This document shows, one piece after another, positions 1 through 12,723 of a DNA stretch of 64,000 nucleotides; positions within the stretch are counted from its first letter, which is position 1, and every line of letters starts with the position of its first letter. The notes under the pieces were generated by a model. That model did not search any database. It had not been told where the DNA came from and saw nothing but the letters and a program-made list of their open reading frames with translations. The stretch spans positions 192,138,001 through 192,202,000 of the forward strand of contig NC_135879.1 in assembly GCF_964194155.1 (NCBI RefSeq), given 5' to 3'. Source of the DNA: Cetorhinus maximus. Its lineage: Eukaryota. A program made the position numbers and the translations under genes.

Positions 1-63
1 CCGCCCATCGGTGGAATAATGACTCTTAAACCCTCTTGGAGCCAGCCTTTATACCCACTTCAT

Positions 64-617
64 GGGCAGGATTTTGTCCTTGGCGGGGGTGCTCGGTGTG
101 GGTGGGCTGGGGCAGTTGGGAAGCTGACCACCGCTGGCGATCAGCTCCGCATCGCGATTTCATGCTGGCAGGCCAATTAAGGCTGCCTCTGGGAGATGAA
201 GCGCTGTTAAAATTAAGGAAATAAAATTGTCATAAAACTTGACTCTGTCACGTGAGCTGGGACATACTTTTAATACAAAAATAAAATTTTTATTTGATGT
301 TTATTTGCTTTAGGAAACGTCATCCTGCTTGTGGATGAGGTTTCCTAAAAAATGTAAAGGTTGTTTGGTCATTTCGCCTGCCCGCCAACCGTTAGGTTGG
401 ATGGGCGGCGTAAATTTGAATTTAATTAGCTTCTTAATGGTCTTAATAGGCCTTTCAATTGTCAGCGGGTCCATAGTCAACTCTGGAGCGCGCCTGCCAA
501 ACGAAATATTGCAAGACAGCGCGATGATGTCGGGGCACTTGCCAGATGTCACCACGCGTCATTTTATGCTTGGCCATGTCAGGTGCGCACCCGCACGCCG
601 AGCGTAACATTCTGCCC
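64..617. mobile_element. PIF/Harbinger-type non-autonomous element (MITE)
   Basis: Ends GGGCAGGATTTT (64) and ACATTCTGCCC (617); flanks CAT/AAT. Internal hairpin GGAAACGTCATCC..GGATGAGGTTTCC is shared with copies at 8018, 36394 and 61790. Confidence 0.65.
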
Positions 618-1150
618 AATGTTACCCTCAAAGAGTTAAGCAACATAATTAAAATGCTATGTAACATTGATCTTTGTCAGTACTTCCCATCTATTAAAAT
701 TTTTGAGGTTTTCTTGTGAATTTTAATTAACCATCTGTGTTTTACTTTCTGGGTATTATTTAAATGATTCTTCATGCCGTTCCTCAAATGAACATAAATA
801 TTGATGGTATTATTCAATAATATTTCATAATGCAAAATGATAATTGACGCACACGCTACAAGGTGAATAGTGAATGGCGAAGGAAATGGAAGGAGAGTGT
901 TTGGAAAACCTGCTAAGTAATGGCTGTTAAAATTGCTCATCACTCTAATTAATTCAACCATTTAATTCTGATGTAAAATTGTGACATTTTCATCGTGCCA
1001 CAATTAACCAGTTCCTCTGTCTGGTGTGGGACATTTTTAAGTACTTCAAAACTTTCTATTTTACTCCTAGAAGAAAGCAGGTCAGAGCAGGCAAGAGCGC
1101 CAAAATTGATTGCAATTTTTTTGTTCACTGATGAATGAACAAATACAGTG

Positions 1151-1297
1151 GTGGTAATTTTCAACTTCACCGCACGGGCACTAATCCGCAGTGTGATTTG
1201 CTCACCCACTGTCATCATTGAAATCAATGGGGTGAATGAATATTAGATGGTTTCTCTGCTACGTTAGTGCCCATGTGTGAGAGTTGAAAATTACCCC
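1151..1297. mobile_element. Small palindromic MITE (~147 bp)
   Basis: TIRs GGTAATTTTCAACT / AGTTGAAAATTACC plus inner GGGCACTAA / TTAGTGCCC. Confidence 0.7.
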
Positions 1298-1844
1298 TTG
1301 TGAATCCATTCTCATTGATAAATGATTAACTGGGAGGGGAACGTGATTCAAATTTTATAAATAACTGAAAGAAATTGATAAAATGGGTGTAGTGAACTAT
1401 ATCCAAAATAAAATCCTTTTTTTATTGAGGCATTTAAGTGAAGGGCCAATATTTAGAGTACAGGATACCACCAAGGTTGAAAATAAATCGGGGAGAAGAT
1501 AAGATAACTCAGGAAGTATTAATTAGATGACACAAATCTTGGGCATTGAAAGTTTGTTTATTATAAGAGTAAGGGCAGAGTCTGGGACAATTTGAGCTTA
1601 GGTGTTTTGGTTGTGATTCCGATTCCATTTACTGAGTGAGTAAAGTCAGTCAACTCATCTGTTGACACATCATCTGCCCTCTTCTTGGTGGTGTCCTCAG
1701 TGCCGACTTAATCCTTCACTAAATTTCACAATGTCTTTATTTGGAAACTGTTTTGTTCAGTGTATCAGTAAGTTAGTGTCTTCTTCAGTTAGCACCCTCA
1801 ATTATTTGAGAATCAACAAACCATGGTTTATACCATGATTTTTA

Positions 1845-1972
1845 CTGCAGGGCAGGGCAAGGAGGCAGGCCCCAAGCCTGCTTTAGCTGGAATAGGGATC
1901 AAACCCTACGCTGTTGGTGTTACTCTGAACCAGACGCTGGCCGTCTAGCCAACTGAGCTAATCGGCCTCCCT
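1845..1972 (-). mobile_element. tRNA-derived SINE head fragment
   Basis: Minus strand has A-box TAGCTCAGTTGG and B-box-like GGGTTTGATCCC; no tRNA cloverleaf or acceptor stem evident. Confidence 0.55.
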
Positions 1973-2459
1973 AGTGTCCTATACTTCTATTAAAAAACAT
2001 ACTAAGATAACACTTCCCTGTAATGCTAGTGACAACTCACTTATTGAGACCATCTTGTCAATACAGTATAGTTTTTTTTCCCCTTTTTCACTAAATACAA
2101 GTTAGGGGTATAAAGATTATCAATCTTGCTAATTGAGCTGTCAGCATGAAAACTAATCGATTACCCAATTAATCAATTAAGCTATGGCTACATTTGGTTT
2201 GTAACATTAAGTCAGTGCTGCCATTTCTGCTTAATGCAATCACATCCCAAACCAGTCATTTCCAATTCTTGACATGCTTTGTCAAAACCTGCACCGAAAT
2301 GATGTTGAAATATTAAATAACACAAAGTTCAGAACAAATGTAAGTAAACGGATAAACCCTCTGAAAGGTAATAGTCTCTAATTACACTAGAGAGCCTCAC
2401 TGAGGCGCTTGTCATAAGGTTTTGTTTCTACAACAAATAGAATGAGCTGCATTTTATGG

Positions 2460-3045
2460 ATGTGAGAGGGGGTTGTCTGCTTGCATCCCCCCAGAAGTAA
2501 AGTCGGCCTGAAGCCGACTCGCTCCGTGTCAGCCCACCCCGCAATCATAACACGCTGTGGGCAGGCTAAATGTTAGAACAGTGGGACTTCCACCCATCAC
2601 TCAGAAGTCTCACCTTCGGGAGGTGCCAGCCAATCTGATTATCCAGCAGCTCCATCACTCATGGCAGCGCCAGAGCTCAGTAGTGGGCACTGAAGGAGCT
2701 GCAGAAGGAGAGGATAATGGCTGCCCCAAGAAGGTAAGTCCCGGAGCTTCAGGGTGGGAAGGGATCCCAGAACCCCGGGAAGGGAGGGGGTGCGGGTTGG
2801 GGGTACTGGGATCTGTTGGGCAGGTGGCGCAGAAGGAAGGGGAGGTGACATCTTGGTGCCCCCCCTTCTTTCCCACTTTTGTTCATGTAGGCCTTGAAAA
2901 ATGGCCTGCCCCCTGCCAATGCCATATGGCAGGCAGGCTGCTAATTTCCTGCACCTACCCACCTAGCATATTATGGGGGGTGACCTCAGGGGTGGGCAGG
3001 AATTTGGTGGGCTATTTTACTCCCACCCCAACCTCTACAAAGAGG
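2460..3045. mobile_element. Degraded GC-rich non-autonomous DNA-transposon-like repeat
   Basis: Shares GTGGGACTTCC.CCC..GAAGTC, CCAATCTGATT and AGGTAAGT blocks with 5519-6295, 30275-31049 and 33067-33813; ends unclear. Confidence 0.5.
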
Positions 3046-3359
3046 CTCCCATGTATTTGTTTTAGATTTACCTTTGTTCAACAAAAATAATACATTTTAG
3101 TTGTGGGAATATAGCAGCAAGCTGGCAATGTCATTGTCAAGCAAAGCACGGAGCTCCCTTCAATGGTGCTTTACCTTCAACGTCCTACCAATTAACAATG
3201 CTGTCTTTTGCACTGAATGTATTTTGGTGTCACAAATTGGAGTGTTTGTTTTCTTGGCGGGGCTTGTTTGTGAAATCTTCCTGATATTTAATTTTCCACA
3301 TTTCGGTGATTCACAAGGCTCCCATCATCATCTATTACAGATGCAGTGTCCAGCCATTT

Positions 3360-3895
3360 GGTTCATTCCACATGACATATAGAAGTGGCTAAGTGCGCTG
3401 GAAATAGTGAAGGCTATGCATTCCAAAAACATCCCAGCAACTTAATGAGATCAGCCAGATCCATGCCAAGGACAGGCCATTGCCTGAACACTCTGCAATG
3501 ACTGACTCACCTCCTGACTCTTCAAAGCTCCCAAACATCTAAATTCTCAAATTCAGGAGCAAAGTAGAATATTTTCCATTTTCCTGGAGAGGTGTGTTGT
3601 TGCAAAACCATTAAGATGTTCGATATCATCCAGAACATAGCATCAACATCATGCAAGCACAATTACTTTAAATTAGCACTGAAGTTGCACACCATTCTAA
3701 GTTGCACATATATCAAAGTTCTTCATTGTTGCCGGGCTAAAGTCATGGAAATGCCTTTCTGCCACCATAATGAGAGCATCAGCTCCGCAAGGACTGCAGA
3801 AATTCAAAGAGAAGGTCACCACTTTCTCAGAGCAACTCAGGGTGATCAATATATTTGGCCTTGCCAGTGTGGGCCACAGCCCGAGACCAATTAAG
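3360..3895 (+). mobile_element. Degraded CR1/L2-group LINE 3' fragment
   Basis: Same-family sequence as the reverse complement of 21535-22990, ending in the tail CACCACTTTCTCAGAGCAACTCAGGGTGATCAATA. Confidence 0.5.
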
Positions 3896-4229
3896 CAGAT
3901 TGCCTTGATAGGATACAGTTCAGTAACATTTCAACAGCTGGGAATAATACTGTTTTTATTTTCATTTCACCTTTGTACATGTGCACCCATTTGAAATGCT
4001 GCAGCAATAGTCGTCATAAACAATGTGACCAACCTTGGCTATATTGAAAGAAATAAGAATGTAGATTTTGTTAGTGGATCAAGATGGTGACTTTGTTGGC
4101 ACATTTCAACTGTAGTGTGATGCCCAGTTAGACCCAAGTACAAGGAATGAATAATTTGCCTGTAAATTAAACCCACATCAACTGACTTGCACCTGAAGTG
4201 GTTGTAGGTGCAGTTTTTAGAATTTTAAT

Positions 4230-5012
4230 TGGTACCAGAATGTAACCAACTGAAATTGAGCCAGACCAAACGAAAATAAAGAATGGCAAGTGGGGGATTT
4301 TATGGCCTCTCTCATGGCACGCTTGGAGCTGGTGAGGGCATTTAATCAGGCAGGATGGCAGCATGCAAGCATCCCATTTCCTTCCCGCCTCTGCCAAGTT
4401 TAAGTCTGGGGCGGGAAGGCCTGTGGTTGTACTTCTCACCCAGCTGCAAACTGAGGCCCTTCGAAGGCCAGTTAATGACCACTTAAAGGCCGCATCCCAC
4501 CACCTCTGATATGAACCCAGCTGCAGGCCGGCCTGTTGATGAGCGGTATGCAGGACAAGTAAAACTCTCTGGTCTCTTTGGTGGGGTGGGCTGTCCCTTT
4601 TTCAAAGACACTCAGTGCCTGATCAAGGGAACTATCAGAAAGAATGGGGAGGGGAGTGGTTAAAGCCTCCATTACTCTTGCTGCCAACTCCCCTCCCCCC
4701 CACTCCACCGCGACCCCCAAACTGTGAAACTCCACCTGTCGCTCCTCAATCCCCGCCCTCCAGTAGTTGTCATGGCAACAGCCACTGACCCCCTGGTGAT
4801 GCTGGTGAGCAAAAGAACTGCCAGCCTTTGATCTCCCGGCAGCTCTCGGGGGAAGAGGGGGGCAGGATTTCCACCCCAGGGGTCCTTGACCCTAGGGAAG
4901 GGCCACTTAAGTACCGGAGAGGCACTTAATACCAGTGGGCTTTTCCAGTGGAGGCAATGTGGGTCTCTGGCCGGTAGGTGACACCTTTGACGTCTCCATA
5001 AAATTCTCTCCA
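4230..5012. mobile_element. Degraded GC-rich Harbinger-type non-autonomous repeat
   Basis: GC-rich block with motifs of the MITE group (GGCCAGTTAATGACCACTTAAAGGCC, CACTTAAGT); termini degenerate. Confidence 0.4.
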
Positions 5013-5518
5013 GGTTTGCATTTGCCATAATCTTTCCTCACAGTAATTTTTATATCAACAACCCCAGTCTCTTATTCTCTTATTTTCTAACATTTTGATT
5101 ATTTCAATTAGTTCCCTGTTGATTTTACTTAACCGGAGAACAGCATTTTTTCCTATAAGTCCATTCTCATTCCCACTCTTATCCTCAGGATACATTTGCA
5201 TCTTTGGTCGTCACACAATGGACAGGTCTCGCAGCATGACATGTTAATTTTAACAAAGCAGTAATCACTCCAGAAAAACAAGCAGCGACTCAATGATTAC
5301 ACAGAATTTCATTAATAAATCATTTAGTCAAAAATTTCTTGATGGAAAGTCACTGTATAAAAGTGAAAGCCAGCACATCACAGCCTTCATTCACAACCAT
5401 TTTTTCCCAAATTTACCATGTCAAACCCATTCCACTAACTATAAATTGTAAATAACTCATTCTTAATAGATTTGACCCAAATCAATGTCAACAAAAAGCA
5501 AAAGATCGCAGACACTTA

Positions 5519-6295
5519 GGCCTGAATTTTTTGGATGGCGGGGTCCTGCTTCCCACCATCTGAAGAGTCGGTGAGGAACATAACCCCACCGACTCCAAGT
5601 GCCCACAACCATTTCACGCTCAAATGAGCGTTAAGTGGCTACAGGTGGGACTTCCGCCCCTCACTTGGGAGGAAGTCCTGCCTTAGACAGCTGCCGGTCA
5701 AGGCAATCTGATTGGCTGGCAGCTCTCTGGTCCCTACAGCGACAAGATCTACAGTGGACTGAAGAGGAATTGCATGAGGATGCCTGGGTCTAAGTCAGGG
5801 CACCAGAGGCCCAGGTAAGTTCAAGGGGTCCCAGGGCAGGGACGGTAGGGAAGGCCTGGGGGTGGGGAGGTGGGGTGCGCAAAGTAGGTAATCAGGGACT
5901 CGGGGTAGAGGCTGGGTGGGGGAGCGAGGTCTGGAGGCACCTTTACAGGGGTGGGGAGAGTGGCGCCCAAAGCCAGAAAGGGGCTTCTGATGGAAGTGCC
6001 CCCAACCCCCTTCCCGCCCGAGATCGAAATCCGCTGATTTTCGTGCTTCCCCCATGTTAGGTCAATCTCTCGCCAATGGAAAAATTGAGGCTGGGCGGGA
6101 AATAGCCCTTAAGTGGTCAATAATTGGTCACTTAAGGGCCTAAACTGGGGCAAGGATGGGCTTCCCGTCCAAGGCCTTGCCAGCCCCAGTGTAAAATTGC
6201 TGTGTGGTCGAGGGCGGGAACCCAGAGGGAATTCCGTTCCTTCAATTCCATGCTCCCCCCTCCCTAAAAATGTGGGGGAGCGTAAAAATTCTGCC
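5519..6295. mobile_element. PIF/Harbinger-type MITE
   Basis: TIRs GGCCTGAATTTT / AAAATTCTGCC, flanked by TTA on both sides (the classic PIF/Harbinger 3-bp TSD). Confidence 0.75.
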
Positions 6296-6359
6296 TTAAA
6301 ATCTGAAAACACTGGAGATGCTGTTTAGTGTCTCCAAGGTTTTCTGTTTATCTCTCTGA

Positions 6360-7200
6360 TTCAAACCAACCTCATTACAATTGGATCCATCAAATCTAAA
6401 CCAATCATTGATGATCCCAGACTATTCCAGAACCCGCTACACTTATCAACTGTTTCACAACATACCCTGTCAAACACCACCCCACAAGCAAAGTGATCAT
6501 TAATCACCTCCCATCAAAATCCATCATAGCAACCCCTGAAAAACTCTGACTATCAAAACCAGTCCTGTCACAATCCACCCCAATAAGCACCATGTCACAA
6601 TTGTCTTCAATATAAGCAACCCCAGTGAATTTTTCCCCACAGCCATATCCATCATAAGCAACTTCAATAAAACCCAGCCATCACAACTAACCCAGCTCCA
6701 CTGTCCCATCAACACTAATATTGTCACAACTAACTCTGATAAAACCCAGCTGTCACAATTGACTCTGTAGCAATTAAGCCATCATTGCTGACTCCATCAC
6801 AATGAATCTATCATGACTTATACTGTCACAATTGACCCCATCTTAACTTATTCTGTCACAACCAACCTTCCCAAAGTCACATCTGGCCCTATCACAATCA
6901 ATCCATCATAACTGATTCTGTCACGACTAACCCTGACTAAAGCTGATAACCACAACTGATCACCATAAAAACTAGTCCAGCTATTTCATCGCAACCAAAC
7001 CAATACAACTGATCCATCAGAACCAAACTACTACTAATCCTACAACTAACCCCCATCAAAAATCATTCAGAGAGAATCCTCCCATAAACAGCATCTCGCA
7101 GGAGAATCTTGAAACTGATCTGTACCACACTATTCCAAACATAATCATCCCTCACACAACCATCCAATCACCACGCAATTTAGTCACACCTGTACCCCCC
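6360..7200. repeat. Degenerate A/C-rich tandem array
   Basis: Recurrent units like AACCCCATCACAACTGAC / CCTGTCACAA with strong A+C strand skew. Confidence 0.6.
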
Positions 7201-8017
7201 ACCCTAGCTGATTTTGTCAGGTCCCTTTGGAAACTTCCAACTCCTCATCCAACACAGGCATCTCCATCACAAGCCATTCTCTCGCATGCTGCTTATTGTC
7301 AATTTTTCAGCTAACATTGTCACTGCACAACAGGATAACTAGAACTAGAGCGAGAACTCTCAGTGGAAATAAAAATCATTCCTCAAAATCAAACGAACTA
7401 TGTCATGTTAGCTTGTTGCACTAACTAGAAATCAATCACTTACAGATGATAAAGAAAAGCATTTTATTGTCTAAAACATGTAGAGTTTAACCATCCGAGT
7501 ACTGAATTTTCACCAGCTAAAATGCGAACACATTATTTTTCATTGAGTAACATGTATATGAAAAGTATTTAATTGGAAAATACATTGCTTTTTTTGAGTA
7601 AACTTATTTGAAATGGAAATTGACTAAATTACCTTCAGTGCTAGGAATGTATTCATTTGGTTAAAGATCGATCGTTAACTCCTTCCATAAAAACTCCCAG
7701 TGAATTATTCACGAGGTTAAAACGCTGCTTAAAATCTCCTGCCATCAAAAGGTTGTGTAATATATACTGAACATAGGAGATAATTTTTCCACTATTATTA
7801 CAAGTCCCACTGTTTGGGATACCACCAAGTTGAGTAGAGAAGGTTACACAAAGTGAGAAATAAATGATGATATCAAACCTGAGTTTTAAAAGGCAGAAAC
7901 TATAGCAATGTGGATAAGTGCGGAAAAGCAAAGGTTCCAGTTTTGAAGTGTTTGTAAATATTAACTTATAATTGAAGAGAATGCAATGAGCCATGGGGGA
8001 TAATTTCACAAAACCAT

Positions 8018-8634
8018 GGGCAGAATTTTCTGCCTGTTGGGCCCGACCCAATCTCCGGCAGGCAGGGAGCCGATCCCTGCCGGAGAAGCAGGCCCCGCCG
8101 CCATTTTAAGTGGGCGGGCCAATTAAGGCCCGCCCAGCCTGACTCTTTCGCGCATGGGCACAAAAGAGCACACATCTCCCTGAGGCTAAGTGCTGCCTCA
8201 GGGAGATCGCTGAAAGTTGTTCATACATTAAAAATAGAAAAATAAAAAATCCTTAACATGTCCCCCTCATGTGACAATGTCACACCAGATGGGACATGTT
8301 AATAAATCTCACTAAAACTTTTTATTAAAGTTTTTTAAACCCTACATGAAACCTCATCCCACCGGTGGACGAGGTTTCACGTTTTTTCAGAAGCCCGCCG
8401 GGACTCCTGGCCTGCCCACCAACCTTAAGGTTGGACGGGCAGGTCCTTTAATTGTTTTAATCATCCTGTCAATGGCCTCAATTGGCCATTGACAGGTTGG
8501 CAGGCGGACAGCTGATCTCACTGTGCCCCCGCCTTCCTGAAAAGTTAAATGGGTCCCCCTGACATCATCAGGCATCATTTTGCGCATCAGCCAGCAGACC
8601 CCACCCCCTGCTCACTGACGGCAAAATTCAGCCC
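8018..8634. mobile_element. PIF/Harbinger-type MITE (well preserved)
   Basis: TIRs GGGCAGAATTTT / AAAATTCAGCCC, 3-bp TSD CAT/CAT, three internal palindromes (8174-8207, 8253-8302, 8347-8379). Confidence 0.85.
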
Positions 8635-9129
8635 CATGCATCCGGTGGGGAGTATGTTTTGAGAATTTTGATGCACATGGTTTTATAGTTTCTCTTCCTA
8701 AGTGATCAGTAAATTGAGGGGAATGTTAATTTGAACTCTTGAATGCACACCTAAAGTGTGGGGCTTCTTGTTGGGAACAGGATTTTGTCAAATCACCCCG
8801 ATGATTTCAGCACAGAGAGACAGCAGGGAGGAACAAGCAAGTAGGATGGCATTTTTGCAACTTAGCAGGAACAAGAAGTAAGTTAGGAGCAAAAGAGATA
8901 TTCCAAGGAGTTATGACTGCAGTAGTATTCATAAAGAGCAAAGGATATTGTGATGGTGTGACAGAAAGTTTGCGAAAATCTATATATAGGTGTTAGTGGC
9001 AGGATAACTACTGGCAAGAGATGAGAATGATGATAGCTTTTTCTTGCAACTTATCTAGGAGAGTGAGAGGCACAGTAGAATAACATTACCAGGCATGGTA
9101 ACTGTATTCAAGTGCTAATCAAACTTGGA

Positions 9130-10020
9130 ACATAGTAACATAAGAACTAGAAGCAGGAAAAGACCATACAGCCTGTCAAGCTTGCTCCGCTGTTCAATAC
9201 GATCATGGCTGATCTCTGGCTTCAACTCCATTTTCCTGGCTGCTCCCAATATCTCTTAATTTCCTGAGATATCAAAAGTCTATCTCAGCCTTAAATATAT
9301 TCAATGATGGCACATACACAACCCTTTGGGTTAGAGAATACCAAAGATTCACAACCCTTTGACTGAAGAAATTTTTCATCTCAGTCCTAAATGATTGCCC
9401 CCTTATCCTGAAACTGTGCCCGTGTGTTCTATATTGCCCATCCAGGGAAAACTGTCCGTGTCTACCCTGACAAGCCCCTTCATAATCTTGGCCAGGATTT
9501 CAATGAGATCACCTCTCATTCTTCTAAACTGCAGAGAATATAGACTCAATTTACTCAGCCTTTCATCATAGGACAACCCTCTCATCCCAGGGATCAATCT
9601 AGTGAACCTTCACTGCAGAACCTGCAATGCAAGTTTATCTTTCCTTAAATATGGAGATCAAAATTGCACGCAGTATTCCAGTTGTAGTCTCACCAAACCC
9701 CTGTGCAATTGTAGAGAGACTTATTTATTTCTGTCCTCCAATCCCCTTGCAATAAAGGTGAACAATCCATTTGTTAATTGCTTGCTGTACCTGCATGCTA
9801 TTTTTGTGTTCCTTGTATGAGTACACCCAAGTCTCACTGAACATCAATATTTTACAAGGTTCACGCCTTTTAAAATAAATTTTGCTTTTCTATTATTACG
9901 GCCAAGGAAATAACCTCATACGTCTCCACATTATCTACTTCTCCACATTATACTCCATCTGCTGCCTTGTTGCCCACTCACTTAAACTGCTCTTTGCAGC
10001 TTCTTTATGCCCTCCTTTAT
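9130..10020 (-). mobile_element. CR1 LINE 3' fragment
   Basis: Minus ORF MIPGMRGLSYDERLSKLSLYSLQFRRMRGDLIE matches the CR1 ORF2 C-terminus; 3' end has CATAGTAACATAAGAAC repeats. Confidence 0.85.
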
Positions 10021-10261
10021 AGTGAGATGTGGTGTTGAAGGGAAAGACGTATTTGACATAAATAGGGAACTGAGCTACTTAGAGGACATTTTTACGATTG
10101 GAATAGATGTGGGACTTGCATTTGAGATCAGAGGAAATGGTGAGACCAAAAATTCAAATAGATAAAGGAGGACCAAGGGTGGAGCAGTCAAAGTCCAGGA
10201 ATAGCAATTGTTTGTTGGTCTTGTGGGAGACCTGGAATAATAGAAATTGAAGGAATTTTTT

Positions 10262-10615
10262 TATTATTATTCATACATGGGATGTGGGCATCGCTGGCTA
10301 GGCCAGCACTTATTGCCCATCCCTAATTGCTCTTGTTCAGAGTCAACCACATTGCTGTGAGTCTGGATTTACATGTAGGCCAGGCCAGGTAAGGTTAACA
10401 GATTTTCTTCCCTAAAGGACAATAGTGAACCAGGTGGGGTTTTATGACAATCGCAATGGTTTCGTGGTCATCATCAGATTTCTAACTCCAGATTTTTATT
10501 GAATTCAAATTTCACCATCTGCCATGGTAGGATTCAAACTCATGTCCCCAGAGCAATACCCTGAGTCTCTGAAATATTAGTCCAGTGACAATACCACTAT
10601 GCCACCACCTACCCC
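10262..10615 (-). mobile_element. tRNA-derived SINE (full length)
   Basis: Reverse complement of the 63161-63500 SINE; head GGTGGCATAGTGGT..GTTTGAATCC and LINE-like tail. Confidence 0.85.
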
Positions 10616-11034
10616 CATGTTTGTGCCCAAGCACAGAACTATTCGTTATGCTTAAATTTGCTCACAGAATTTCTTTAATACTGCAATTATCAGACAGTAA
10701 ACACAGCAAGGCCCCATAGAAAGGATCTGGGAGCTCTGTTAAGAAGGCAGGCAATGGCATGTCTCTTCAACCAATCAGTTTGAAGAATCCTTATTGAAGC
10801 AAGCAGAATCTAAACCAGGAAGTGTACTTTGGAATACATAATTGAAATCAAATCATGAAATAAAGAGAGGAAAATAAAGATAGGCTTAAGAGAGAGATAA
10901 AATACACAGAAAAAAAAACCAAAATAATGTTTATTTTACTTTTTCTAAGTTTTCAAAATCTCCAAAAATAAATCAAATTTGACAGACTGAGGCTCCACAC
11001 TTGAAAAAGGTGATTTTCAGTGCTCGAGAGAATA

Positions 11035-11363
11035 GATAAAATCTCTTTTGCACAATCATAATGCACTGTTAAAGGGGTGCAGAGAGTCCTCAAAATATTT
11101 ACGTCAAAGTGATATGCAATAAGTTAAAGGAGATAAGAATGTATTTTAACTGTTCAGTTGAGAATTGCAAGTCAATGATTTTGACCCTCATAGATATTAA
11201 AACAGGAAACAGATAGCTTTAATTTCTTTCTTAAGATGATTATGAACAGCAAGTTGTGTGAAGATTCAGAATAAAACAGGGCACATGAAACACTCAGTCT
11301 TCCTATAGGCTTCCCTTTCAGTAGTTATAGTGATTCATTTGAAAATGCACAATAATGAGAGTT
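11035..11363 (+). repeat. ~330-bp direct duplication, copy 1 (partner 12394-12723)
   Basis: Near-identical to 12394-12723 from GATAAAATCTCTTTTGCAC to AATAATGAGAGTT. Confidence 0.9.
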
Positions 11364-12393
11364 TCCTAGTAATCATAACTTATAGTGCTGCTGACAATTA
11401 GCTTACACTTATGTGGATAAGTCCTACATTTTTCTGCCACGTTACCAGGTATCTAGTGGGTATGTACTGCAATTTCATACCCTTCATGAGTTTGAATGCT
11501 AAGTCTCTCAGCCAGATACTTGTGGAGCAAGGCAAATCAGGCAGCAATTTTCTGTTTGTTATGTTGGACTGCACATGTACAGATGTTGGACTTTGAGGTG
11601 TGATTTACTGCTTAAGAATGCTGAGCACTGATAGTCTCACTGTCATTGTTACCACAAAATCCGGGCCAATATTTTATTGCTCATGGAAGGGCATCAAGAT
11701 ATAATGTTTCAGCTATCCCACAAAAGAGGAGTACGCACAGTTTTGCAAGATCTCTGAGTTGATGAAAAAAAGAGTCAGCAGGACAAACCATCAACTCCAG
11801 GACTCATAGAGCAATGTTAGAGGAAGCCAGATAACCATCAAAGTAGCTATGGTGGCAAGCCACGTGATGATGATAATTTGTTTGCAAGTGCCCGTTGATG
11901 TCCGAAGCGACGGCAAATTAATCACCTAAGTGTTCAAGAGCAAAGTTCCAGAGATGCCTGTAATGGATAGTAAATTATTTTTCCATAATCACAATGATGT
12001 ATCCTGCAGTGTGAACACTGTCACCCATCAACAGCATGCAGCGCACTGACAAGCTGCCATCAATATTGGCAGCCTCTGCCAGCACAGAAAATGGATCCAA
12101 CACTTGGTAAGACCACCATTCATAAATGAAGCATTTCTAGTTTATCTTTAAAACAAAGGGGAGTGATTTCAAAACTCTAATCTTAGTATCATAATTTGGA
12201 TGACGGCTCTAAACTTCGATTTATGATGTATTCGAATGTCTCAATTAGATTACAGCCCTGTTATTCATTTCTGGGTAGCTATTATTCTCCCTGTAATTTA
12301 TGGCTTAACATGGTATTTCATTTGTTGCTGCTGCCTTTAATGTGACAGGCAGAATTCTATCCAAGACCTTAGAATTCAGAACACAAGAAAGTG

Positions 12394-12723
12394 GATAAAA
12401 TCTCTTTTGCACAAACATAATGCACTGTTAAAGGGTGCAGACAGCCCTCAAAATATTTACATGTCGAAGTAATATGCAATAAGTTAAAGGAGACAAGAGT
12501 GTATTTTAACTGTTCAGCTGAGAATTGCAAGTCAATGATTTTGACCCTCACAGATATTAAAACAGGAAACAGATAACTTTAATTTCTTTCTCAAGATGAT
12601 TATGAACAGCAAGTTGTGTGAAAATTCAGAGTAAAACAGGGCACATGTAACACTCAATGTTCCTATAGGCTTCCCTTTCAGTAATTATAGTGATTCATTT
12701 GAAAATGCACAATAATGAGAGTT
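12394..12723 (+). repeat. ~330-bp direct duplication, copy 2
   Basis: Near-identical to 11035-11363. Confidence 0.9.

Noticed and set aside
1845-1972. tRNA genes here and at ~17640-17710 and ~63165-63250
   Set aside because: Only A/B boxes of SINE heads; no cloverleaf.
2557-3090. 177-aa ORF
   Set aside because: Lies inside a GC-rich repeat with homologs elsewhere in the window; no domain recognisable.
11035-12723. LTR pair of a small retrotransposon (TRIM)
   Set aside because: No TG..CA termini, PBS, PPT or TSD seen.
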